From positions 62,001-126,000 of the forward strand of contig MCFE01000065.1 of the NCBI GenBank assembly GCA_002104905.1: 64,000 nucleotides of DNA, read 5' to 3'. Each line of letters opens with the position of its first letter. Within the stretch, counting starts at the first letter, position 1. The notes below the pieces were generated by a model that saw only the letters and a list, made by a program, of their open reading frames with translations, was not told the origin of the DNA and did no database searches. Shown here piece after piece: positions 48,690 to 61,920 of the stretch. Both the position numbers and the translations under genes were made by a program. The stretch is from Basidiobolus meristosporus CBS 931.73. Lineage: Eukaryota; Fungi; Basidiobolomycota.

Positions 48690-50399
48690 GTGAGCGCGGT
48701 TGACAGGATCTGTTGAAAAGGAATGAGATATAGCAGAGCCAACAACTAGTAAAGTAGAATTCGAACGGTCGAAGGTTCCAAAGAAGGTAAATAAAAGAAT
48801 GGTAAATCCAAGGAATAGAATGAACGCCAATGAACAATTTAACAAGATAGGCCAATAAAGTATAAATGGGTGAGATCTGGTTGGATTTTAAATTTTTGAA
48901 TCACCACTTGAAAAAAATGGCAAACAGTGCGTCAAAATGTTGATCGATCGAATGAAAAGTGTGTGGATGGGAATAACCTGGCTTGGTGCAGCGTTGAGTA
49001 GCAAGATAAAGTAAAGATCACTCATTGATCTGAGATTCAAGGGTAATGGTTTCATTGATCAACAGCCACCTGTCTGAGCAAGCTGAAACCCACAGAGGAT
49101 ACTGAGAGTCGAAGTAAAAGACGTAATCGACACAACCTCCCTAAAGTATCCAGAGCCTCTATCAACCACAGTATGCGTCAGAGTTGCTCTATCGAGTCTG
49201 CAAGGCAGCCGTTACACCAGAGGTTTCCGTTAGTTGGGAATTCAGGTTCACCCAGCATCAGCCTAGTAAAGCCTTTCAGCTTCATTTGTATGGTCACATT
49301 TATTTTTAAACTCTAGCAATGGCCCATTTTGGTAAAAGCAACCCCTTCGATAGATCATAACGTCAACTAAGTAGATCGCATCTTTACTATCTAGACATGT
49401 CTATAGATATATTTGGAGAGGCATACGCTATGAGTCAGATTATTGAGTAACGATGATTCTTTGGTTTCATTCAAAAGACGTGGGCCTGATTATTTTGTGC
49501 CCTAGCAATTGAAGGGCTCTTTCTGACAGAAAACAAGAGTCACCGCTTTGAATATATTAAGAAGTGTAGCCGAAATGGAGGGGCCTAGCCTGTAGCCATC
49601 TTGTAATGATCGACTGGGCATCATTATGGACGTTGGCAAGTCTGGCAATATATGGAAACGGTATACATTGGATGCTGGGAGCAGCTTAAGGGGTACAACT
49701 GTGTACTCCACCAGAGTAACACTCTCTGTTACCGCCAATGCATGAATAATGAGGCACAGAACATATATCGTACCCAAGCACCTCATCGTAGTATTCAGTC
49801 ATTCTTACTAAGCACTTTAAACATTCATCAATATGATACAACGCCAGCAAAGGCAAATTTGGTACTACGGTCAGTCAGGTTTGTATGGGGATCATCTCAC
49901 GAGCCACGCGTATTCGATTATGTGGGCTTGACCCTGAAATAGATAACAAATGATATCCAATACCTTCAAAAAGTTTATGGTGCTCGTAAATGTTGCAATA
50001 AAATTTAGCGCCCTGTAATCTCTATCAAGGGTACTTGAATATCAATTTTCTGTGTGGAGCAACATAACATTTCAGAATGCTGAGAACAGCTACATGCGAA
50101 ACCTGGACCATCCAAATACCTTGGAGATGTGAATTCAAATGCTCAGTTTGAGTCTGGCCCAACATTGTAAAGATAGCCAGTAGCCAATGATCACTACATT
50201 CCTAAATGAATTTCCAACACCATAATGAGAGTATTTACGTGATATTGGTCATTTTAGCTTGGGACCAGATTAAGTTATGATTTCAGAGTAGATGGAGTGT
50301 TTTGGTTTTCGCAAGAGACCTTAGTAAAGGGTTCCCTACCTAAATTTCTATGCTTAAGAAGGCCTGGAAGTTATCAAGATTTTTCGAACTCGTCCAATA

Positions 50400-50747
50400 T
50401 GTTGTAAATTTCTTAAATACACCTAAATATTCACTTAACTTAGTCACTTAGATCATAGTCTACAACTCTTACAGAATTCGGGCTAAATTCCTTGTCGGGA
50501 TTTACTTAAAGATTTTTCATGTTTTAGGTACCTGGTGTTTTGGTGAAAATATTTCAAATTGTCCAAACAGCCCCAAGCTTTGTACATATGGTCTTGGGAC
50601 CCTCCTAAACATGTTCTACGTGTTTATTTTGCCAAGACCATGCAAAAGTATAAATACTACTTTTACATTCAATAAATCATCAAGTGAGAACCACATAATC
50701 TACTTGCTCTCCCAGTCACTTCCAATATCTCCAAAACTCTTACAGCA
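50400..50747 (+). mobile_element. Solo LTR (348 bp), same family as 40510-40858
   Basis: Termini TGTTGTAA (50400-07) and TTACAGCA (50740-47); flanking 5-mers CAATA/CAAAA. Internal TATAAATA (about 50648) and AATAAA (about 50671). Confidence 0.85.
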
Positions 50748-50932
50748 CAAAAGTCCCTAAGCTTTGCACACCGCTTCCTGGGATCTTTATTAAAGCATTC
50801 TTATCATTAGTTTCATGAAGTTCTCCTGAAAGTACAAATACTTGATTTGAACACAATAAATTAACAAGTGAATATGATGCAATTCTTCTAGCTCTCCAAA
50901 TCATTTCCAATACTCCCTAGAATCCTGGAGCA
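50748..50932 (+). mobile_element. 3' half of an older diverged LTR of the same family, hosting the 50400-50747 insertion (5' part about 50340-50399)
   Basis: caaaagtccctaagctttgcaca, gaaagtacaaatact, caataaattaacaagtga and gctctccaaatcatttccaatactcc align in order with the second half of the young LTR. Confidence 0.72.
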
Positions 50933-53631
50933 GTTTCCAGCCTAAACATCGAATTTTAAAAATGTGATAGAGTGCATTCAAAAATGACCAAAGATGCTAC
51001 CGCTAGATGATGAACCAAATCTATGCCAAGGCTAGGTTTGCCCTACATCACCAGTTATGGTTCAAAAGGTACCCATTAGCAATACCAATTCTTGGATATT
51101 GTGGATTTAGGTCACCACACACATCTCACTGAAAATTTTGCAAATTTATTTTCCGAACCAAGGGTACAGATGAAATCAGGAAATCTATCTTTCAAAATCT
51201 TGTTTACGTAGTGATACCAAGGTATGCACTCGACAATGTAGAACGGGCCAAGAGTCCACTTTGTGAAAGAATGATACATTGAGTCACCCAAGGATTCGAG
51301 TGAGTAGTATTGAAATACCGACTTCGCCATTGTCAATGGTCTCCTCAGGCTCGGACGGAGAGGCTTGTAGACAATAAGCCACGTTACCTAGGAATTCACT
51401 ATCTATTACGTCCTCCGCGGTCCTCTCAAAAATCTCACGTAATACCCATCACCTTCTATGAGTTGTCAATTACACATGAGGAAGCTGAAATATAAATGCA
51501 TGGCGCTGGTGAACAACCAATAGAAGGCTTTATTCTTCAGCAATATACATCCATGCACACTAATCATGGATAGCCATCTAAGAAGCACTGGTAGACACAC
51601 AGCACAGAAGGTCGAGTACTTGCATACTAATAGTGGTAGGCCTAAAAGGGTAAAGCCTCTATTAGCAGTCAAAACAAACCACAGGTAATCTGCGATTTAG
51701 ACACACCTTGTGCTGCGTTTGCTACAGAGGTGAACCAAGATTGCATCTTGATCACTAGACCATGTGATAAGCAGTCGATTTGTCACCAGCCGAAGTGCCA
51801 CGTCACCCTAGGTCTCATCACCATGCACTGATACTATATTTCCTTCGGTGTCTGAGATGCGACTCATCCTTGAGAAAATTCATCACAGCCCTTAAACATT
51901 CCAGACCTGGGAATTTCAAATAGGATTATTACCTCCAAGAAAATCAAGTCTACTGTGGTTTGGGAGTGGCTTGATCACTAGTTCTTAGAGGGGATGCTAA
52001 AGTTGGCCCTAATTCACCGACACTTGATAACCAGTATCGACCACTTGAATCAGACACGGTAAATGGTTAATAAAACCTCAGCACCTTAAATTGCACATCG
52101 AATGAGGGGATGAAGGTCTCTTTTGCTGCGTCCCGCCGACAATCTGTAAGCAACCGAAGTTGCGATAGCGAGTAGGGTCGATCCATTACCTAGGCAATAA
52201 GCATAAGGAAAATACCCATGGCGTCCTATCGAAGCGGTGCATGCCGTGTCTCTTACCATGCACCAGTTGGCTTGTGATTTCCTCAGCTGCTGTTTGATGA
52301 GAATTCAAGTAGCTTGATTTCAACGAAAATTGCCAGGCCACATGTATGGGAGCTCCAAAAAAGGAAAGTGATGGATCCAACTTAATAGTTCAATCTAAAC
52401 CATTACTACAATAAGAAAGTCTTAATTATCGATACCCACCATTTCAGACCGTCAAACAAATTGACACTTCTCCGTCATCGTTTCCCCGGAATCCAAGTTC
52501 CCAGTCCAGGCGTCTTGCAATAGGAGGTCAAGCCATTTCTTTTTCGACATCTTCCTGGGTGAGAAAGCTCAGTGTTACTTGGAAATGGGCCGCAAAATAG
52601 TCAGGCCACCAGCACCACATACCATATCTTAACGATCCAATCTTAATTAGGGATATTTTATTCCCCATTTTCCGCTGGAGCCAACAGCGGTAATCGATAT
52701 TTATACTCCTGCTATTTTGATGGGGGTAGCTAATATTAAGGAAATAAAGGCCCGTAGTAAGATTTGCTTCCAAATTTATACCATGCAATTTCATCTATTT
52801 CAGCTCATATTAAACGAGCCTCCAAAAAAGGCTACTTTTACCCATCAGCTACACAGATCGTGGACCTTTGTATATTAGCGAGTACTGAAGCTGGTTTCCA
52901 CTCCATCTGAGTATTTTTGCCCAAAGATCCCAATTGGCATTTGCCATCCTTATCTGGTCAGGGTACATTCCCTAATGCCAATACACTACGTCAGTTGGGC
53001 AATTTCTACAAGATTTTTGGCTGGTATCAGCTTCAGATTCCGGCCAACTCTGAGTTTCCCTTGGGTCAATTGTGGTTCCCCTGCTTAAACTACAAATGTG
53101 GCAAACCAGGACGGCTCCCTACACCACAAGTTCCAAAGGCCGAAATGCTCATTTATTTTAATTTTACATCAGTGATGTTCAAATCAACTTTCCTGATTAG
53201 GCTTATTACCATTTCTCATCCGTTCTCGTCCATTACCCGAGTCGTTCAGTTCTTCTACTCAATCAGTTGCCAGTACCACCGAAACTTGGCAACAGTAACC
53301 TGGGTTCCCATATTTAGCTAGGAAAGTTTGTCTTATATTCTTGAGGGCATTTCGTTTGCATCTCTTCTTCATCAAATATCTTCTCCTTTATAACCTGTGA
53401 TATTTTCCCTTCCACCTTCTTATATTTCGTACCTTTCTTAACCTCACTTTCGCACGTTGTGGGTTCTCTTAACCTAACTTCCACGTGCTTGTAACAAGTG
53501 TCCTTTCCAAAATCTCCTCCTGGGATTCGCACATTCCAGCTGTTATCTGAAGTGTTCTCTCTTCCAACTGTGAATACATCAAAATTAGCTATCCACTGTT
53601 GCACCTCTCTCCAAGTGCTTCACAGCTTCAT

Positions 53632-54844
53632 ATGTCGAAGTTTACTTACAATCGGAGGCGCCTTGGCATCTCAATTGTTCGACCGATCTTTCTTGTACTT
53701 GTTTTTTTAGAGCTGGTAAGTCCATTTCGTTGTTATTGGAGTGATGTAGCTTGCGGAGCGGTATTCAACTTTACCTCTTGTATCCTCTCTAGTTCACATA
53801 TTCGTTCTTGTTGTATTTCGATCTGGTACAACTGCGCTCACGGATTCTTTATATCCCCCTCATCACAAACGGAGTGTTTATCTTGGTAGGACTCGTCGCA
53901 ATTCTGGGTACTCTCCGTTATGTGAAAAAGATTCTTCTATTGGTAAGCGTTTCGATAGAAGTTGAGCACATATATGGCATAGCCAGTCGTCTAGGATTAA
54001 GGAATCTCACTTCGCATATTTATTTTCAGTATTTTATATGGTGTCTACTTCATATCATATGGATTATACTGTGCCTTCTCACAAGCCTGCATATGATAAA
54101 GCTTGATCATGGGGTCTCTTACGATGATGGACTGGACGCAACCGATTCATCCTCCGAAATCTTACCCGAAATTGCTCAGTGGTTCCTGTCCACACCCATA
54201 CCGTATGCGTATTCAATGGGCTGGCAACTTGGTCAAGTGTTAGGCGTTGAAGCCCATACGTTGGTTTTAATCATCCTGGTGTGGCAATTCGTCATCATTG
54301 TAAGTACCTTACTAACATCCTCGAGGAATGTTTCCGAACTGAACCCATTCTTTATGATAGACGCTATCCGGGATATTTTCCCTTTTAGTTAGAAGAGCAT
54401 ATTTGGCAGAACAACGCAACTGGGATGATCTGGATAACTGGGCGGTGTGAGGCTACACTTCCATGGAGCCCCCTCACAGATGCACTTCCTATTCCATGTC
54501 TATTCGCCTTTCAATTGTACATTTTCATCAAATCCACCGCATCTAAAAGTGGGATGCCAACTTTTCATCGTCTTTGGCTTAGAAATCTTTCTCAATTGGC
54601 CAATGTAGATTCATACGGAACGCCACCGAAAGCAGCGAGCAACCTTTTCCATTCTACACATCCCACTGCAATGTCAAATAGTCCAACTGTCATTCAAAGA
54701 AGAAGGGCTTTGCAAAGTATACATCCCCAAACAACTGATTACACGACGCAAAACCCACGCCCCCCTTTGCACAAGTCTGTATTCATCCACCATTTCTCTG
54801 ATTCACATCTTTCAACGTTATCATTTTATCTCAATGTAATATAA
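53632..54844 (+). CDS. Uncharacterised multipass (tetraspan-like) membrane protein, multi-exon
   Basis: ATG at 53632; GT-AG introns at about 53716-53791, 53942-54028 and 54300-54387 join 3-4 hydrophobic segments. The 3' end is uncertain. Confidence 0.6.
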
Positions 54845-56659
54845 ACTTTCGTCATTCCTTATCCCATTCATGATTTTGTTGTTACTCAAAATTTCATCTT
54901 TACCGCCCTCTGCATCATCTTATGCGCTAAATAATCGAACATCTCGGGAATCGGTTCCATCCTGCCAAGAGGGATTCATTTGGTCTCTCTGACCCACGCT
55001 TTCGCCCAAAATTCCTCATCAGTGCTGCCAAGCGTGTGGCGTAAGTTGGGTCAAGAATCCGAATGCCATCCTCAGGGCCATTCACAAGAAGTCCATTCCA
55101 TATATTTTTCCAATGCCCATGGCGTACACCCAAGCGTGTTGGTGGAACGCTTTGGCAAAATTCTAAATAAATAAGGTTTCATGTCAAAATCGGCCAACCC
55201 CTCGCCTTGATTAGAAATCACTGATATGAGCTGGATCCTGGATCAGGTCCTTGATGGTACAAAGGAAAATTCCACGAAGCGCGGTTTTCATTTTGGCTGA
55301 CTGTCTCTAACCTGATTAGCTTAGCAATGACCTCACAACCGGCTGGGTTTGTAGTGGTGTGATTATTTGATGTGGTGATTGAAGGAAGGCCCTGTGATTG
55401 CTAATGCAGGTTTCAAGACCAGACTGGATCGCAATAGTGATTCCCCTCTTGGCAGTGCGAAAAATCCACAGACAGATCTCGTACTAGCCAGGTGGTCGCT
55501 AGATGGAGTGATTATTTTGATCAGTTCGACGTAAACTGAGGTAGCACCTATTTTTCCCACTCCCTTGAATTCGGTTTCTTTTGTCATGGCCATCACAAGG
55601 CTCCCTCCATTATGGGCACACATGTGTAGCATTCATACGTTTTCGTAGCCCGCTCTATTAATAGAAGCAATATGTGGTTCACTTTACTACCCTAACCCGG
55701 TTCTCTGCTGTTGGCCGATGAAGCCACAGGAGTCTCTGAACGTTCAGTAATAGCATAGGACAGGTTGGTCAGATTGCTGTAATGTAGAGTTGGTAAGATA
55801 TCGCTGAGACCAACGCTATAATGCACTCATGAAGATAAGATTGATGTCGCGCATGAGGCAGGCATGGAGTGAAAATGGGCCAATCCCGATTTTAGAAGGA
55901 ACCAATCTTACCGTGTAACTCGATATTAATACTACCTTCTTTCCACCCTATGCTGGCCAAAGTATTGTTTGGCATAGTTGAGTACTTTGCATAATTATGC
56001 ACATACAAAAGAATCATGGATTTTCAATTCTTCATAATTAGTCATGGTGAGTTCGAAGGTCTCACAACGGTGAGAGGCTTCGTGCTCCGATATACTTTCC
56101 AATTCTTGGGAGAACGCCGCGAAAACGCTATACAGGTATGTGGTTGAGGCATGACTTAATCATTGACTCTGAGACAGTACAAGCGCTTGAACCACTCGCT
56201 ACCTTCTATATTTATCATCAGCGCTTGCAGTTTTTTGTGGGGCCTGATGTTGGAGCACCTATACATAACTAATACCTTGAGAGTAATCCACTGAGGGCCC
56301 AATTCAATTAGGAACCCAGCGAGTTGGATTAAATAATGATTAATTCATGCCAGATTTTAATCCACATCCGCAAAGCCTAATCATCAAACGAGCGTTGGTT
56401 GGTGTATTGCCATGTTCAATATGATCATGCGTAAACAATTCATGACAGGTTGAACTCCATACTGATAATATCGATATTTGGTCCGCCACTCTGGAATTCC
56501 CTTATTTCCCACTAGCCCTATTGTTTGTTTTCCTCAGATACGAATAATTATTTGGATTTCGCGGGTGAAGCATTATGATTGGGCTCTTGTTTAGGAGCGA
56601 ACCTGAGTAGCTTGTATTTCTTGAAAACAGGCCCACTGAACTTGGTAAGCTTTATTGAC

Positions 56660-58416
56660 ATGAACGAAGAGGACGTTACTACTGCGGTAGAATTCTTGGA
56701 ACATCAATCTGCGTTGGAGGCAGAGGCCAGAGAGCAGTATCCCGGTAAATTCGAGCGCTGCACACATAGTTTAGGCTATCTGTACCAAGAACTGTACGTA
56801 TGTAAGACATGTACTCCAGACCTAAGTGTATTTGAAAAGTCCGACCAGAAGGATTTTGGTATAAACTGCGAGTCCGATTGGTATCCGGGTGCGATTTGTT
56901 ACGCTTGTAGTATAGCCTGCCACGCAGATCATGAGCTTCTCGAACTGTGGAGCAAACGTGGCTTTAGATGCGATTGTGGACTAGAAAACAAATATCCAAC
57001 CAAGCAATGCAGTTTACAACCGAAAGATTTAAAGACCGATAAGAACATATTGAACAAGTATACTCACAACTTTGTTGGGCGTTATTGTTGGTAGGGAAGC
57101 ACAGGTTCTCTTCCTTTGAGGAAACAACTTGCCTCAACTAAATCATTTTGTTATCTACTGATCAGGTGTAATGCAATATACGATCCCGACTCTGATGATT
57201 CATATATGGCGCAATGCAGCGTCTGCTGTGACTGGTTTCATGATAAGTGTATAGGAATAGAGGTACGCGTTTACCGCTGATGTGTCGTTGTAGGCACTGT
57301 ATAACCAAGCTACTTGACGCGTAGAGGGAGATGCTGGATAGCTGCGAGGGATTCATATGCCGTGATTGTACTGAAAAACACGCCTGGCTTCGAAAGGTCG
57401 GTGCTTGGGCACTGCAAGAGCGTCAAAGTATTGAGGAAGCGGCAGGTTCCACTGGTCCCACACAAACAGGCTCTTTGATCAAGCCCATCATAGTAGACAA
57501 ATTGAAGTTGAACGAAGCAGCGGAGTCCCAGGGTAAGGACACTTTTGTGCGAACTTTCATTGATCAGCCATTAATGCTGGATTATTACGCGTTATTTAGG
57601 CAAAAATGCCTCTATCGTGCAAACCAAGCGCCAGCCTGAGGAAACGGTGGATATTGAAACGGTCACCAAGAAATCGAAACTTGAGAGCGGAGCTGATCAA
57701 AAGAAGGTTGTTGAGAAAACAAAAGCGGAGTGCAAATTTAAAGGTATATCCGAAGAGTAAGCCATTACTGTGAAGCGCCAAACTTATGAAGTTTCTATTG
57801 TAATGTAGATATTGAACCAATATCCCCAGGTGCTTGTCTCCATTTGCTTTGCAATGCTGGCTGGAAGAAGAGCCTATGTCAATGCCAAGAGGTAACGATC
57901 AACTCTCCTTTCATCTAGTCGTCGAATAATGTCTGAAAGTCGGTTGAAGTGTCAGGATACTCTAAAACAATCCGATTTGAAGTTTCTCCTGGAAGCGGAC
58001 GAATTATATGAGCCGGAGAAGGATGCTGATGCAGGTTATACACCGGAATCCACTTATTTCAATGAGGGCTTTGTATTGAGAATTGATATTCCTTTAGGAA
58101 AGTCGCTCTTCGAGTGTGGCATGGAGCGATTGTTATCTATGAATCGCAACGATGCAGTTGATGGTTTGCAAGCATATAACCGATTTCGGTAAGATGAATA
58201 TATAGCAGTGTCTTGCTGCTACCTTGACATTAACACTTTATAGTGACGAAATTAAGGCATTTTTGGAGCCCTACGCTGCTTCTGGTAAGGTCGTGACGGC
58301 AAATGATATCGAGAAATTCTTCCAAGTAAGATACTTCACCTTTCATTTCCTACACTAAGAATCGTTAACATATCGTTACGCATAAGGAGAAGCAATTGGA
58401 AAGAGTAACTCAATAA
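56660..58416 (+). CDS. UBR7: UBR7/Mlo2-like protein (UBR-box zinc finger plus PHD-like finger), multi-exon
   Basis: CTHSLGYLYQELYVCKTC...ICYACSIACHADHELLELWSKRGFRCDCG is a UBR box. NKYTHNFVGRYCWC...MAQCSVCCDWFHDKC follows, then C-terminal SLFECGME.LLSMNR..AV.GL.AY. Confidence 0.92.
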
Positions 58417-58999
58417 GCGGTGATATACATCATACTGGCTGTTTGCCTCATGCCGAAATGACTGTTCTTTGGACAACCCTCTCCCACCCCTTCCACACCC
58501 ACGCACACAGGAATAACTGAAGCTGGCACTGATTTCGTAAATCTGAAGGATAGATCTATTGATTTAAATAAAGTCATCTAAAACCCACATTCCAAAGGGT
58601 TCTTTGTGTTATGCTGGCCACTTCGAACAGTACAAATCAGTGAGCACAAGATAGAGCTAGGTTGGTGATGGCTTTATTGGAGGGGACTAAATGGAACCCG
58701 CACAAAGAGTGTTTGGTGAAAATTCCTAGCCCTACTTTCAAAAGCCGTCTTGGGTGATGCTCCGATCAGATACGAATAACATGAAAAAAGCCGCACAAGA
58801 ATTCACCGACTAACTGACATTAATTGTATAATCAATCTTAAAAACAATCCCAGTTCAAAGTATTATTTGAAGCATTAACAAAAGGTCAGATTTGTTTACA
58901 TTAACTGGGAAAACAAATTAAAATTCAATACTCTATTGCCTTTTCTCGTTTCGTGATAGTTTCTTTTCAAAGCTAGCAACGAGGGTAGATTCTTCGAAC

Positions 59000-61920
59000 A
59001 TGTCTAGAAGACTCTCAGATGCTTCAACCGCGATCTCTTCCTCTCTCAAAGAAGAGCGTCCTATATGTAATGTTTGGGCTTTTTGCAATTTCGACGGGGG
59101 CATCTTTCATTAATTTTACGGAATAACATATATCTAGTTCGGCAAAATTATCCTTCCACCCCTTTTCTTGAGCCTAATCCGCTGTTCTTGGAAGCACAGG
59201 TACTCATAAATGGTTGAAATAGACACAAATCGAAACAAGGTGCTAAATAGGTTTGACAGTCTATAGAAAATGTTGATATAAGTCAGTACCAACCTGAGCT
59301 ACAAGAACATCTAATCATTCAAGATCTGCTATTTGTCTTAATGGTAAGTTTATACGAAACAGTTCTACATATCGTTCCTTACTTTAATATAACTTGGGCA
59401 TATTTAGGGTGTTGATGGAAAGTATATCCGTTTGGTGGAGCACAATCCAGTTGAGATCAACCAGCTCCCCCTTGTAGAATGCCATATTGAGAAATCTTTA
59501 GGTAATTCATTTTAGAGTACCCAATATTTCAGCTCGGTAACTGATTTTCAGTAGATTCTTCTTTGAGTAATCTTGTCAAAGAGATCACGCCTTTGGTTAT
59601 CTACCATTACGCTATCAACAGTTTCCTTGAAATTTACTCTGAGTTTGAGAGAGGGCGTATCAACCACGCATTGTGCGCAGTAATCCGAAATCTATTGAAG
59701 GTTAAATAGTTTATTCTATGATGACCTGAAAATGTAATTAATGATTTTTACCAGGAATACTCCCTTTTGATCGTTCAACTTGAGCATCAATCCCGTGCCT
59801 CACCTTCTTTCACCCTTCAGAAGCTCCGCTCTCATATTTTCCCCAGCATTCAAACCATGGCAACCCTCCACGCTTTGGTGGTAAAGATCCATTCAGAAGT
59901 TAAGAAAAAGAGTAATGGGTCCCTGGTGTATCCGAAAGGACACACCGTCCTTGATATCATTGCGAAAAGAATGCTAAGTACAAGCGGGTATTTGGAATGT
60001 TGATTTCTGAAATTTGTTGGCGAGGCGGCTAAAAACTTGTTGCCATAGTGACCCAGGTGCCAAGCAGCTTATTGCTCATCTACTTGCCAAGGCATCTGTG
60101 CCATATTTTGAGATGTTGCTTTCTTGGATCAATTCAGGAAGCCTCCGTGATCCGTACGGCGAGTTTATGGTTAAAATCCGCGATGCTAAACAACTGGACT
60201 GGAAATATGACGTGAACGACACATATCCTTTTTCGAGATACCTCGAAGCCCTACACCACCACATTTCGCAAGCTAAACCCTTAACTCTTATGTACGCTAT
60301 GGGAGAAGCAATATGTGTTCAGAGAAGGAAGAATCCCGACCTTCCTGGAGCCCTATAAGGAGAAGATCTTGCTGGCGGGTAAATACTTGAACATTATCAA
60401 GCGGTGCAATATTTCTGTCGACAAATCCCAACGACACGAAATCCCGAAGAATCAACAGGTTGAGTTTATTGAGGGCTTGAGCGATACATTGCGTGCTATG
60501 GGTGGTGGAAAGTAAGATATCAACTGGATTTGAACCAATCCTTTCATGAGCTCACCATTTACTTTAGATATGTTCGCGACATCGAAGATGCCTATCAATA
60601 CTCAAATAGACTTTTGCTAAATTATCTGACAGAAGACAAGAATCTTCTGAGCCGCTTAAGGTATCAGGGACATTCCGGGCTCTACTGGAAATAATGCTAA
60701 TTCATTTCTTGATTCCAGATCCATCAAGCGCTATTTCTTCCTGGATCAAGCCGATTTTCTCACTCATTTCTTGGATTTGGCAGCTGATGAGCTGAAGAAG
60801 ACTCATCGGGAGGTGTCCTTCTCGAAGCTCCAAGTTCTATTAGATTTGGTGCTCCGCAACCCCTCGTCGACGGCATCCAGTGATCCATTCAAAGAGAAGC
60901 TAAAGGTGATAAAGTTGGGCCATATCTCGACGCCTAATTTAAGCGACCTCAAGCAGTCTGGAGATGTCGAGAGTGATCTCCAGAAACAGGTTGTAGGCAT
61001 GACCGAAGACGCTACCAGTAAGTCTTTCTTGTTTCGGTTAGAGACTTCTTTACTCACTGTGAGATTTACCCCAAAAGAAACCGGCTATGACGTCCTTACA
61101 TTTGGATATGAAGTGGATTTCCCATTCTCGTTGGTCATTACGCCACGCACCATAGCCAAATATCAGCAGGTTTTCAGGCATCTGTTGAAACTGAAAAGGG
61201 TTGAACAACTGCTCTCTCGAACTTGGGGACTCTCACGTCAAATGTGGAAGACCATTCCGTCCAACGAGTACGCCCTTTTGATGAGAATATATGCGCAATG
61301 CGGAAAGATGCTATGTTTTGTTCAGCAAGTGATCTACTTTCTGGCCATTGAGGTTCTGGAGCCAAACTGGCAAGCATTGGAACAGCAACTCTCAAAGGTA
61401 GATGCTGAACTTTTAAGACAACCCTGCACCGCACAGGCTGGTGAATGCTAACCGCTATCACTATTCTAAGGTTGCAACAATCGATGAGGTGCTTCAGTGT
61501 CACAATGACTATGTTGAAACCTGTGTCCGTGAATGTATGGTGGACAGCTCTAACCCTAGCCACAGTGAAGTAAGTTCAAATTGACCCACATTTACTTCAA
61601 CCAAGCAGATAATTTAACCATCACATCACGTGAACATCCAGTTGCTGTATAAAACGTTGGATATTTGCACCAGGTTCACCATCTCGGCAAACCGGATTAT
61701 TAGACGCTTCAAGAACCCGGCAAGACGTGCCGAGCCTTTAGAAAAGGTCCAGATTCCTAAAGACGTTCAGTCATTGAATAATTCGGAGAAATTATTCCAC
61801 ATCCACTTGGGAAAATTCTTGGATAGCCTCGATGTTCATGGCTCTGGAACTGCCAAACTACAAGCTCTAGCCGTACGACTAGATTACAACATGTACTATT
61901 CCAAATCAGCAAGCGCGTGA
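59000..61920 (+). CDS. SPC97: Gamma-tubulin complex component 2 (Spc97/GCP2), many exons
   Basis: Exons encode LQEHLIIQDLLFVLMGVDGKYI, RGRINHALCA.IR.LL.EY.LLIVQLEHQ, ASVPYFEML..WI..G.L.DPYGEFMV, IPTFLE...KILLAGKYLN, SIKRYFFLDQADFL.HF and VLEPNW. Confidence 0.93.

Noticed and set aside
51112-51672. Short minus-strand ORFs next to the second LTR (GPFYIVECIP resembles a gypsy integrase tail)
   Set aside because: It is a single short motif with no RT, RNase H or integrase core recognisable. The LTR has TSDs on both sides, so it is solo.
52500-53604. Purine-rich minus-strand ORF 53314-53604 and downstream fragments, possibly a divergent gene or relic
   Set aside because: No consistent exon chain or recognisable family could be derived.
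56040-56075. gtgagTTCGAAggtctcac, resembling a tRNA T-arm
   Set aside because: The loop is 9 nt rather than 7, and no D-arm, anticodon arm or acceptor stem could be built.
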